Shown here piece by piece: positions 13,201-24,800 of a stretch of DNA of 64,000 nucleotides. Source of the stretch: Euglena gracilis (taxonomy: Eukaryota); contig CP154954.1 of assembly GCA_039621445.1 (NCBI GenBank), positions 36,131,703 through 36,195,702 of the forward strand, in the 5' to 3' direction. The notes under the pieces are model-generated. The model saw only the letters and a program-made list of their open reading frames with translations, did no database searches and was not told the DNA's origin. The position numbers and the translations under genes are program-made. Position 1 is the stretch's first letter, and every line of letters starts with the position of its first letter.

Positions 13201-14956
13201 AAAATGACGTTTTTTGGGGCGTCCGTTACCAACGTGCTATTTTGCGCCTCCCGGACGGTAACTGCTGCGTTTTGCGCACGCCCGGGGGGGGCAAAATTGC
13301 GCCTGTCCGCCCGCCGCCCTTCGCAACAGTTAGTTAAAGGATCGCCGACCTCTAGCCGGGGCAGAGCGCTCGTTTTTGGAGCGCCGGCGCAGCGGATTTT
13401 GGCCAAAAACGGCCGAAAAATGACGTTTTTTGGGGCGTCCGTTACCAACGTGCTATTTTGCGCCTCCCGGACGGTAACTGCTGCGTTTTGCGCACGCCCG
13501 GCGGGGGCAAAATTGCGCCTGTCCGCCCGCCGCCCTTCGCAACAGTTAGTTAAAGGATCGCCGACCTCTAGCCGGGGCAGAGCGCTCTTTTTTGGAGCGC
13601 CGTTGGGGCGGATTTTGGCCAAAAACGGCCGAAAAATGACGTTTTTTGGGGCGTCCGTTACCAACGTGCTATTTTGCGCCTCCCGGACGGTAACTGCTGC
13701 GTTTTGCGCACGCCCGGCGGGGGCAAAATTGCGCCTGTCCGCCCGCCGCCCTTCGCAACAGTTAGTTAAAGGATCGCCGACCTCTAGCCGGGGCAGAGCG
13801 CTCGTTTTTGGAGCGCCGGCGCAGCGGATTTTGGCCAAAAACGGCCGAAAAATGACGTTTTTGGGGGCGTCCATTACCAACGTGCTATTTTGCGCCTCCC
13901 GGACGGTAACTGCTGCGTTTTGCGCACGCCCGGCGCGGGAAAAATTGCGCCTGTCCGCATGCCGCGCTTCGCAACAGTTATTTAAAGGATCGCCGACCTC
14001 TAGCCGGGGCAGAGCGCTCGTTTTTGGAGCGCCGGCGCAGCGGATTTTGGCCAAAAACGGCCGAAAAATGACGTTTTTTGGGGCGTCCGTTACCAACGTG
14101 CTATTTTGCGCCTCCCGGACGGTAACTGCTGCGTTTTGCGCACGCCCGGCGCGGGCAAAATTGCGCCTGTCCGCCCGCCGCGCTTCGCAACAGTTAGTTA
14201 AAGGATCGCCGACCTCTAGCCGGGGCAGAGCGCTCGTTTTTGGAGCGCCGGCGCAGCGGATTTTGGCCAAAAACGGCCGAAAAATGACGTTTTTTGGGGC
14301 GTCCGTTACCAACGTGCTATTTTGCGCCTCAGGGACGGTAACTGCTGCGTTTTGCGCACGCCCGGCGGGGGAAAAATTCCGCCTGTCCGCCCGCCGCCCT
14401 TCGCAACAGTTAGTTAAAGGATCGCCGACCTCTAGCCGGGGCAGAGCGCTCGTTTTTGGAGCGCCGGCGCAGCGGATTTTGGCCAAAAACGGCCGAAAAA
14501 TGACGTTTTTTGGGGCGTCCGTTACCAACGTGCTATTTTGCGCCTCCCGGACGGTAACTGCTGCTTTTTGTGCACGCCCGGCGCGGGCAAAATTGCGCCT
14601 GTCCGCCCGCCGCCCTTCGCCACAGTTAGTTAAAGGATCGCCGACCTCTAGCCGGGGCAGAGCGGTCGTTTTTGGAGAGCCGGCGCAGCGGATTTCGGCC
14701 GAAAACGGCCGAAAAATGACGTTTTTTTTGCGGCTTCCGTCACCAACGTGCTACTGTGTGCCTCCCGGACGGTAACTGCTGCGTTTTGTGCACGCCCGGT
14801 GCGGTCAAAATTGCGCCTGTCTGCCCGCCGCCCTTCGCAACAGTTAGTTAAAGGATCGCCGACCTCTAGCCGGGGCAGAGCGCTCGTTTTTGGAGCGCCG
14901 GCGCAGCGGATTTTGGCCAAAAACGGCCGAAAAATGACGTTTTTTGGGAGTCCGTT
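7257..14956 (-). repeat. 216-bp satellite, subfamily I, reverse orientation (~35 monomers)
   Basis: Reverse complement of the same monomer after the junction cgatcct|gtgcctgtcc. Confidence 0.98.
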
Positions 14957-16285
14957 TGTAGGTTCGCGCATATTCCTAATTACACCTGCTGCCTTACTTT
15001 GCGGGTGGCAAGGGTCATGTACTGTTTGCGTGGAGTATGAGTACTGCTTTAATTTTACATTGCCAGTGATCTGGGAAGATTGGAAGGCAAAAAAGATCAA
15101 GTTTGGGCAAGTTTCAGATTTTACTGAAAAAGTCCAGATTGGAGATTGCAATGCCAAGGAAAAGGCCATCTGGGCCAGGGCCCCCGCCCTCACAAACAGT
15201 ACAACTCCCGTACAAACAGACAAGCCAAGATTGCCACCAAGAGGGCCAATGGCCTGAGAAGAGCAATTGGCCAGCAAACCTCAGAAGTCAAGTCTGAAAG
15301 GAGAGAAAATGTCAAAGGATGTGTCTGACATGGCCATGCCTGTGGCATCACAATCTCCAAGATTGGAATCATCATCTGGGATTACCACTGTGGACAGGGA
15401 AGTTCGGACAGATGGAGTCAAGCCCAAGCCCAGAACACTCCAGAGACGGAGGAGGCGGCAGCAGATTGCAGCCGCCAGCCGCCAGCAGGAGTAAGATTTG
15501 ACATATTCGTGGGAAGATTTTACATTGCAGGCTGCTGCTGCTGTGGCTGTGGATGGCCGCGCAATTTCAATTACTGGTGGTCGAATGTGGTCATCGCCGC
15601 GTACGGCTGTGGCAATGCCGCTGGCTGCTGCCCCTCTGGTTGTGGGTTATCCGAGCGTTTACGCAGAAACCCTCCGCCGTGTGTGATTTGGCGTCGAGGT
15701 GGTGGTAATTGGACTTGGCTATGGACAATCGCGTCGGTTCGCTTTGCATTTCTGCTTTGTAATTTTCCCCCTCCGAATCACAATTCTCTCCCGTTTTGTT
15801 TGTTTGTTGTCCATCTCCCTACCCTTTGGGGATTACTGTGGCAAGCTGGTCGAAAAAGGGGGGAAGGACCAGTTTGCGACAGTTTTTCCAAAGGATCCGG
15901 GGGGATGCCCTGGGCGGTTGGGATTCCTTTTCTGTCATTGAGGCATCAGTGATGGCAAGGGCACCCCAACGACACCCGGGGGTCCCAGCGCTCACTGGCC
16001 TACGGTGTTGTGTGACCTTGTCGTTGACAAGGTCTTGAAGCAGGGGGGTGTAGGTTCGCGCAGATTCCTAATTACACCTGCTGCCTTACTTTGCAGGTGG
16101 CAAGGGTCATGTACTGTTTGTGTGGAGTATGAGTACTGCTTTTATTTAACATTGCCAGTGATCTGGGAAGATTGGAAGGCAGAAAAGATCAAGTTTTGGG
16201 CAAGTTTCAGATTTTACTGAAAAAGTCTAGAATGGAGATTGCAATGCCAAGGAAAAGGCCATCTGGGCCAGGGCCCCCGCCCTCA
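14957..16285 (+). mobile_element. non-autonomous TRIM-like LTR element (LTRs 14957-15192 and 16049-16285, 4-bp TSD CGTT)
   Basis: Direct repeats tgtaggttcg...gccctca; CGTT at 14953-14956 and 16286-16289; purine tract gaagcagggggg before the 3' LTR; no pol motifs inside. Confidence 0.92.
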
Positions 16286-17049
16286 CGTTACCAACGTGCT
16301 ATTTTGCGCCTCCCGGACGGTAACTGCTGCGTTTTGCGCACGCCTGGCGCGGGCAAAATTGCGCCTGTCCGCCCGCCGCCCTTCGCACCAGTAGTTAAAG
16401 GATCGCCGACCTCTAACCGGGGCAGAGCGCTCTTTTTTGGAGAGCCGGCGCAGCGGATTTCGGCCAAAAACGGCCGAAAAATGACGTTTTTTGGGGCGTC
16501 CGTTACCAACGTGCTATTTTGCGCCTCCCGGAAGGTAACTGCTGCGTTTTGCACACGCCCGGCGCGGGAAAAATTGTGCCTGTCCGCCCGCCGCCCTTCG
16601 CAACAGTTAGTTAAAGGATGGCCGACCTCTAGCCGGGGCAGAGCGCTCGTTTTTGGAGCGCCGGCGCAGCGGATTTCGGCCAAAAACGGCCGGAAAATGA
16701 TTTTTTGGGGCGTCCGTTACCAACGTGCTATTTTGCGCCTCCCGGACGGTAACTGCTGCATTTTGCGCACGCCCGGCGCGGGCTAAATTGCGCCTGTCCG
16801 CCCGCCGCCCTTCGCAACAGTTAGTTAAAGGATCGCCGACCTCTAGCCGGGGCAGAGCGCTCGTTTTTGGAGCGCCGGCGCAGCGGATTTTGGCCAAAAA
16901 CGGCCGAAAAATGACGTTTTTTGGGGCGTCCGTTACCAACGTGCTATTTTGCGCCTCCCGGACGGTAACTGCTGCGTTTTGCGCACGCCCGGCGCGGGAA
17001 AAATTGCGCCTGTCCGCCCACCGCCCTTCGCAACAGTAAGTTAAAGGAT
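16286..17049 (-). repeat. 216-bp satellite, subfamily I
   Basis: Monomer resumes in register after the TSD. Confidence 0.97.
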
Positions 17050-17719
17050 TGTGCGCGGTCCGAGGGTGCCCGCCCCAAGGAGGGGTCCCAAGGGGGCCCA
17101 AAGGGGCCACGAAGGGCCGCGAGGGGGCTCCAAGGCCCCCAAGGGCCTTTTGAGGCCCCACTGGCCCCAAGGGGGCCCCACAGCCCATTTTGAGCAAGCC
17201 AAGGGAAGGTAAAGGAGGGGGCAGTTTGAGGGGGCCAACAGGTAACCCCCAAGGGGATGCGCAAGCCCTGCTGGGCTTTGCACAAGCGTGCGCACCCCCT
17301 TGGTGGGCGCTTGGGATGGCGCAATTCATTAAGAATTGCGCAGAGTATACCAAGTAGCCCCCCCAGCTGTAGCCCCCCTCCAATTGTACATTTTCTGTGC
17401 AGGGCTCTGTTCACATACTGGTTATTGTTTGGCATTCAATTGTGTTTTTGCATTTGGGAGTCAACAAACTATCAAACATGTTCAAGCAAACAAGTCCAAG
17501 TCATTGACCAGATTATTCATTCAAGTTCAATTGAGTGGACCCCAAAAGTATGTATTTTCCCAATTCTGCAGCTTCACCCACACCAACACCAACCCCTACC
17601 CCACTTTTTCACCAAGGGGAAAACCCTGTGGGCCCGACGGGCTTAAATTTAAACGATCCTACGCGGGTTGCGCCGCCAGGGGTCCCTTCACAGGGACCTC
17701 AGGAGGGGCAACCCCTACA
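17050..17719 (+). repeat. 5' LTR of Gypsy copy A
   Basis: tgtgcgcggt...cccctaca, repeated at 29224-29895 with roughly a dozen differences seen by eye. Confidence 0.96.
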
Positions 17720-20700
17720 TGGTCGCAGAGGAGGGTTTGAGCCCTCTGGGCTCACACTATGTGAGCCTGGAGAACTCCCAGATTACCAGGAGGATGACGA
17801 GGGCGACACCCGCCACAGCCATGACAGCCCCAGCCATTACAGCCAGGGCCAACAGCTTCTGGCCATTGCCGGGCATGCCCAGCCGGACCGCCAGCAACCA
17901 GAACCATCTGGGTCCGGCATGGCATTGCCCAGCAGCCTGGGACTGCTCTCTGGCATGCCCAGCCTGGTCATGCCGGAGTTTGTGCATGACATGACCAGGC
18001 AGGTCATGTGGCAATTCGCCATGTGGGGGAAGATCAAAGAAGAAGAGCAAGAACCAGAAGAAGAAGATGAAGAAGAATTTTCAAACCAGACCCAGCCACT
18101 CCTACTGCAGGCGGGGCCCTGGCAGAACCCTGGGGATGCCGGGCCGGCACATGCGCCGGTGGGCCACGTCGGGTCTGGGCATTTCCCAGCCGGACCCGAC
18201 CATTGCCCGCTGGTGCATGCCGGTCCCGGGCATGATGGGCCCCAAGGACATGCCCCAGACCCAGCCACCCAGTGGCAGCTGCAGGAGCTGCCCCCAGCAG
18301 TGGATTTGATGGAGGACGAGGACCAGACAGCCCAGGGGGGGTTGGTGCCAGAACAGAGCCCGAAGGGGAGGCACCCTCCGCACCCCCCCCAGAGGCTGTG
18401 GGAGGAGGCGGAGGCACAGGCCGCTGCCTCGGTGGTTCTGGGGCAGGAGATCCAGCGGTTGGACGGTTGGGTTGGCGACCTGCAAAGTCGGCTTGCTGAA
18501 GCGGGGGCCACCACAGCTGCTTCAGTTAGCCGCCTGGAGCAGTTGGTGTCCCTGCAGTTTCAGCGGGTCACGGAAAACTTTCAAGGAGTGGTGGAGCAAA
18601 TGGAAAGGACCCAGGCTGGGCTAGCGTCCCAGCTCGCAGAAAATTTCCAAAAATTACAGCAGAAACAAACTGAAAATTTTGCTGGGGGAATGACAGCCCT
18701 CAGCGAGCTGGTGACCAGCCGGCTGAGCGACGGCCTCGGGACGGTGGCCCAACTAGCCCAGAGGGTCCAGGGGCTCGAGGCCATCGCCAGCCAGGGCCAC
18801 CAGCCAACTGAGGGGCAGCGGTTTAACGAGGCGATGGCTGGGCGAGTGAAAAATTTTGAGGAGCTGCTCATCACCTCCCTCCGGACGACGGAGGAGGTGA
18901 TGAGGAGCCAGGAGCTGGCCAGCGGGCGGCAGCAGGCCCAGGCCGAGGCCTGGACCAAAAATTAAACCAGCTGACGGGTGAACTCGGGGGCTGCGAGAAA
19001 GAAATGCAGGGATTGCACAGGCCCTGCAAAATTTTCGAGCAGAGCTGGACGGACAGGCCACAGCCGTCGCCGAACAACAAGGGACCATAAGGGAGGACAT
19101 AAGGGAGCTAAGGGCCAGGGCTGAGGGGCAGGGCCACAGCCTGCAGGAGCTGTGGGCCGAGGTCACCACACACGGGCAGGTGATCCAGGCCCACAACGCT
19201 CTGCTCCTGGAGGTGGACTCAACAATAAAGGGGGCACCAAAAGAAAATGCCGAAATAAAAAATCGGCTTTTCGTTTTGGAAAAGAAAATCGAAAATTATG
19301 AATTTTTTTGCCCCCCCATCCAGGAGCTACCGCAGCCACCCAGAGGAGTGGGGCCGGAGAGCGAGGACCCCCGAGGCCCCGAAGCCAGAATGCCCCCGGC
19401 AACCACAGACTCCCAGACCCAGTCCACGCCGGGGGCCCAGAGTGCCAATGGCTCGGGTGCCGCGGGGGGCAATATGCCTCCTGGCCCCCAGCACCAGCTC
19501 CCAGTCCATCCCAGCGTGCTGGGGCAAGGGGCCCGTGGCCGGCTGCCTGGACCACAGCAGCCGGCTGGAACTCCAGCGGCGACAGGAGATGGGGGAACGG
19601 GTCAGGTTCCAGGATTTCTGGAACTGGCTGGCCCAGAAATACGGCGGTGACATCCAGGCCTCGCTGCATGAGCAGCTCAGGGCCCTCAGACCGGTCAACC
19701 CGGGCCAAGTTGACCCTCCCAGCGTGGCGTGAATACGAAAGTCAGTATAAATTAATTTTCTGCCGGATGGAAAACCCCTCTGAGGAGGAAGCACAGGCCC
19801 TGGTTTTGCAACAGCTCCCAGATTCCATGCGGAGGGCCATAATCAGGGAGCAGACGCGAAAAAATCAGGATGCGTCCACAGTGCGGCTGTGGCACATCCC
19901 TGGGTTGACGGCGGAAAAGGCAACACAGCTCGCCCAAGAGGCTGTGGGTGAGGTGGAGCCGGTGACAGTCGGGGCACACCAGGACTCCTTCCTCATCAAG
20001 CTCTACAGCCGGCGGGCGCTGGAGAGGCTGATGATGAGGAACGGGGCCACGCTGCAGGGGGGCAATACAGTGAAAATCACCTCCCACGAAACAAAGCTGG
20101 GATTGGAAGAAGTTTTTCGACACGCTGAAAATGAGCTGCGGTGCCAGGAACGGTCTGACAGCTATGGCCGTTATTGGGGTGGACGGGGGGTCCCAGCCCA
20201 CCAGGAGGACCACTGGGCTGGGGGCCTCGACAATTTTTCAGTCTCAGAAGTAAAATCCCAGGAAGCCAGGCCAGCCCAGCCCCAGAAAACGGTTTCACAG
20301 CCAGCTGAGGGAGGAGCAAAAGCGGGACCCCCCAAAGGCCCTGAGGGGCCACAGGACAGGCAATCTCGGCACCGGGGTGGGTCACCTGGAAAGGGACGGG
20401 AGGGACCCAGGTCACCCAGCCCGGAAGGGGTTCGGCAAGGGGGCTGGAAAGGGCGGCTCAGATTTTCGCCCAGCCAGGTCCCCAACCCCTCACCCAGCCA
20501 CCAACAGGGAACAAACCCCCCCCGAGGAGCCCCCGGAGTGGCCCCTCGGTGGACCAGCCCTGCAGCCAGTGCGGAGCCACAGATCACTGGTGTCAGGGGT
20601 GCCCTGGAAAAAAATGTTATGAGTGCGGGAAAACGGGACATCTGGCACGACAGTGCTGGTGGAGAAGGGGATAGGGGAAGGGGACTTCCACGCCACCACG
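17550..20700 (+). pseudogene. gag: gag-like polyprotein (frameshifted): P/E-rich N-terminus, coiled-coil-like region, two CCHC zinc knuckles
   Basis: ORF pieces 17535-18965 and 19308-20882. CSQCGATDHWCQGC (20561-20602) and CYECGKTGHLARQC (20615-20656) are in frame with each other. Confidence 0.8.
17720..17737 (+). promoter_or_regulatory. primer-binding site, tRNA-iMet-like
   Basis: TGGTCGCAGAGGAGGG directly after the LTR. Copy B reads TGGTAGGAGAG. Each is one change from the canonical iMet PBS TGGTAGCAGAG. Confidence 0.85.
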
Positions 20701-21382
20701 GCGGGGGGGTGCCTGAAAAAGCGGGGGCCAGAAGGGAGGAGACGGGGGCCCAGGGTGCCCCCAGCACGGCCCTCGGAAGGGGGGTAAGGAAAGGGTTCAC
20801 GCAGAGGGTTGGGTTTTGGTCAAGGGAAGGTCCAAAGGCAGATCCGGACCTGAACCTGCACGGTCCCCCCAGCCCCACCTGACTGAGACACGAAAAGGGG
20901 CTGGGCCAGCAGGCCCTCTCATTCGACTCTGCCAACCCCTGGTCTGCGCTTTTCACCAGTGAGGGCAGGCCAGGGGGGGCTCGGGTCGGAGTTCAGATTC
21001 GGGACAAAGGGGGAAGGGACACAAGGCGGCTGGCGCTCCGCAGCAAGACGCCCAGGGGTCTTCGGGTTCCAGCACACCCGGTCTACCGCAGATCACAACA
21101 CCAGGAAGGGGGGGGAAAAAACACAAAACAAAAAAATCAAAAAGAAAGGAACAAAACGCTCTCACAGGCATCAATCAGGGAGGCAGCGAGGGAGGTCATC
21201 AACGTTTCCCAAACCAGCAAAGGCACGGTGAAACCGCCCCCAGCACGGAAAGGGATTCAGGTTTTTCGATTCGCCAGGTGAGGTGCGTCAGGGCCGCACC
21301 TTCCACCTCAGCCCCCACATCACAGCCAGCCCCAGCACCACTCCCAGCCCGTTCCTCAGGGATTGGGAGGTCGCCCTCCCGG

Positions 21383-21800
21383 TGGATCTCCCAGGACTAC
21401 CACGTCCGGGAGGAGTTCGTCAGGGACGTACTCCGCCGCCTGGGGGTCCAGCCGGAGGTCGACGCCTTTTCTGCCAAAGAAAAGCGCAGGTTTGTCCGCT
21501 GGTGGGGGCCAGGGAGTGGGGAAGGGTAAGATGCCTTCAAACAGGACTGGGGCAGGGAGGTTTTGTGGACCAACCCACCTTATAAAAAAATACAGGAGGT
21601 TCTCGAAAAAATCAGGAGGGATCAGGCCCATGCCATCCTGGTGATCCCCAGGTGGCCGGGGCGGCGTTGGAACAGGGAGGCCAGTGGCTTGGCAGTGCGC
21701 CAGGTCACGTTCCCTCAGGGAACACGATTTTTCGACAGAGGGGAGGAGTTGTGCCGGGGGACAAAGTGGCCCATCACAGCCTTTTTCCTGTGTGGGCACC
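21383..21800 (+). pseudogene. Dam-like N6-adenine DNA methyltransferase domain (TAA at 21527 in this copy)
   Basis: VDAFSAKEKRRF...DAFKQDW...WTNPPY (NPPY 21572-21583)...ILVIPRW, the pattern of phage/DIRS-type Dam domains. Copy B has GAA at the stop position. Confidence 0.85.
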
Positions 21801-24800
21801 CAGACCGGTGCCCGCTGGAGGAGGTGACACGAAGAGGGAGGGAGAAAAAAACCAGTTTCGGGACACATTTTTCAGGGCCACCCCCAGGGACGGCCGCAGG
21901 GGAGGTCAACCCGGCACACCTGGGGCAGGTGGGGAGAGCGGACCAGCCGAGACGGATGCTGGACCTGTTTTGCGGGACAGGTTCAGTGGGGGACGTCTAC
22001 CACAGCCTGGGTTACCAGGTCACGTCGGTGGACGTGGACCCCAGGTGGCGGCCAGACATTTGTGTTGACGTGTTAAAATGGAATTTTAAAAAACAGTTCC
22101 AGCCTGGGGATTTTGAGGTGGTGGTGTGCGGGGTCCCCTGCACAGAATTCAGCCTGGCCCTGACCACCAGGGAACGGGATTTTAAATTGTCTGATCGGCT
22201 GGTGCAGCGGGCCCTGGCCATCATCAGACACCTCCGCCCACGGCGGTGGTGGCTGGAAAACACCCGGTACCGTTACCTGCGGACCCGCAGGTACATGGCG
22301 GGAATCCCACACGTGGACGTGGATTACTGCCAGTACGCTGACTGGGGCTACCATAAGCCCACCAGGATATGGGGCAGCCCCCATGTCCTGGGTCTCCGGC
22401 CACGGGTGTGTGACTGCCGGACCTGCACCAACCTGGAAAGCCCAGTTCCTGAGGGGGGACGAAAGGGACGGCACAAAATTCGGCTCAGCAGCAAACACCA
22501 AAACCTGCCCAGGCACCTGAAATGTCGGATCCCGGAGGCGCTCATCCGTGACCTTGCCACAGCACCGGCACCGGAGGCCCACGCTGCCGGGTCTCCGGAG
22601 CCCGCGCGGGACCCCCAGGCAGAGCGAGGGGTGCCCTCGGTCTTGCTCCGTGAGGTGGGGCAGGGTGCCAGTGAACGGCAGCTGCTGATGCGGGTGCAGG
22701 CCAGGGGGCCAGACGGACAGACGCACTTCATCAACGCCCTCATTGACACAGGGGCAGAGGTGAACCTGGTCCGAAGAGGCATGCTACCCAGCACATACCT
22801 CCTGCCTGCCCCCAAGCCCCTGTCCCTGGTGACGGCTAGTGGAGCCAAGATGGAAGGGGGGGAACGTGAGGCAACCCTGGGCCTGGTCCTCCGGCGGGAG
22901 GGGGGCCTGGGTCAGGGGGAAGGGGCCTTGTGGACGGCCCCAGCCTCCTTCTATGAGGCAGACATCCACGTGGAGGCCATCATCGGCTTTCCTGGGCTGG
23001 AGGAAAACCAGCTCGGGGTGTTTCCACATCTCCGAGCCTTGGCATTGAGGGGAGAGCAGATGGTCCTCCTTCGGGGACATGATGCGGAGGGTGAGCAAGT
23101 TCAGCCAGCAGCCCACAAAAAGGCTCAGAAGCGGGTGAGATACCTGAAAATGGTGGAAAAAGTCAGAGCACTGCGGCTTGCTTTGCCAGAGGCAGCCCTG
23201 GGGGAGGACACCGAGGAGCCTGAGTGGGAGGAAAACCCCCTGCACGAGGATGAGGCGACCCAGGAGACAGTTGCCAAGGAACTCCTGCGGGCAGGCCGGG
23301 AGGTCGAAGCACGGGCAGCCCAAGGGGTCATCCTTGTTCCCGAAGGGGAACAGGTGACCAGCCAGCGGGCTGAGGGGCTCCGGGCAGCCCTCCGGAGGGA
23401 CTTCGAGGGGGAGGTTCTCCGAGACAGGATTTGGGGTGAAAGAATCGAGCGGGGGCCCCTGGGGGAAGGGAAAATAGAATTAAAACCGGGATCTGTGGCG
23501 AAAAAACAGAGGCCCATCCACCTGACGGGGGAGAGGCACAGGGCACTGTGTGACCTGGTGGACGAGTGGGTTCGGGACAAGAAGGTGGAGGAGGGGGTGC
23601 CAAGTGCCTGGAGCAGCCCCACATTTGTGGTGGCCAAGAAACAGGGGAAGTGGCGTGGGGTTGTGGATTTCCGGGCATTAAACGAGGCCACAGTGACGGA
23701 TGCTTACCCCCTCCCCAGGATCGAGGACATCCTGGTGAATCAGGGACGGAGGTACCTGTTCTCCGTCCTTGATCTCAAGGATGCCTTCCATCAGGTGCCC
23801 CTACACGAAGACTATCGCCCATACACCTGCTGCAGCACCCCCCGGGGGTCCAAGCAGTGGTGTGTGGTCGTGATGGGCCTGAAAAATGGAGTGGCCATTT
23901 TTCAGCGGGTGATCGACTACACGCTGAGGGATGTGGCTGATGTCGCCAACCCATACGTTGACGACATCGTCGTGGGGACCGAGTGGTGTGGCACGGAGGA
24001 AGCTACCCTGGAGGCACACGACCAGGACATAAGGCGAGTGTTGGGGGCACTGCAGGAACACCGACTGGTCGTGGACAAAAACAATTGCCGCTTCTTCGTA
24101 AGAGAAGTGGAGTTCTGTGGCCACACCCTGGGGGGAGGAAAACGGAGGCCAGCCCCGGGCAAACTCATGGCGCTGGAGAAGTGGGAGGAGCCCCGCACGA
24201 TCACAGCCCTCAGGAGCTTTCTGGGCTTCACCAACTACTACTCCAGCTACGTGAAGGAGTATGACCGGTATGCAGCCCCCCTGATGGAACTCCTCAAGGT
24301 GGGACGTGTGGAAGGGAAAAAAGGCAGCAAAAAACCTGTGAAATTCGGCCAAGTGGAACGGGAGGCCTTCACCACCCTGAAGCAGGAGCTCCTTCGAGGA
24401 TTGGAGCTCCACACCATCAACCCGGACCAGCCATTCATTCTCCGGGTTGATGCGAACGACAAGGCGGTGGGGGCAGCCCTTGAACAGTTTTTGGAGCCAA
24501 CGGAGGGGATGCCCACAGCCGTGGAGGCCACCACACGGAAAACCGTGCCTGTGGTCTTCTGCTCCCGAAAACTCACAGCTGGGCAGGTGAAAAGCTGGTC
24601 TCCGCGAGAGAAGGAGACTTACGCCATCATCCTGGCCCTCCAAAAATGGGCCTCCTACATCGGCCTGCAGCCGGTGTTGGTCCTCACGGACCACAAGTCC
24701 CTGGAGGCCTGGGCCAAGGAAACCCTGGACACGCCCAGCGGACCTGCGGGAAGGCGGGGACGCTGGCATGAATTGTTCTCCCGGTTTGACCTTCACGTGG

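Noticed and set aside
1059-14775. Long ORFs (up to 657 aa) of 72-aa repeats on both strands
   Set aside because: By-product of a GC-rich 216-bp (multiple of 3) monomer. Frequent +/-1 indels break the frames and no domain is recognisable.
1086-14956. CRISPR-like array
   Set aside because: Whole monomers repeat with no unique spacers, and no cas genes are present.
21383-22555. Bacterial restriction-modification locus or contamination
   Set aside because: The MTases are in frame within an LTR-bounded Gypsy pol with TSDs in satellite, and no endonuclease is present.
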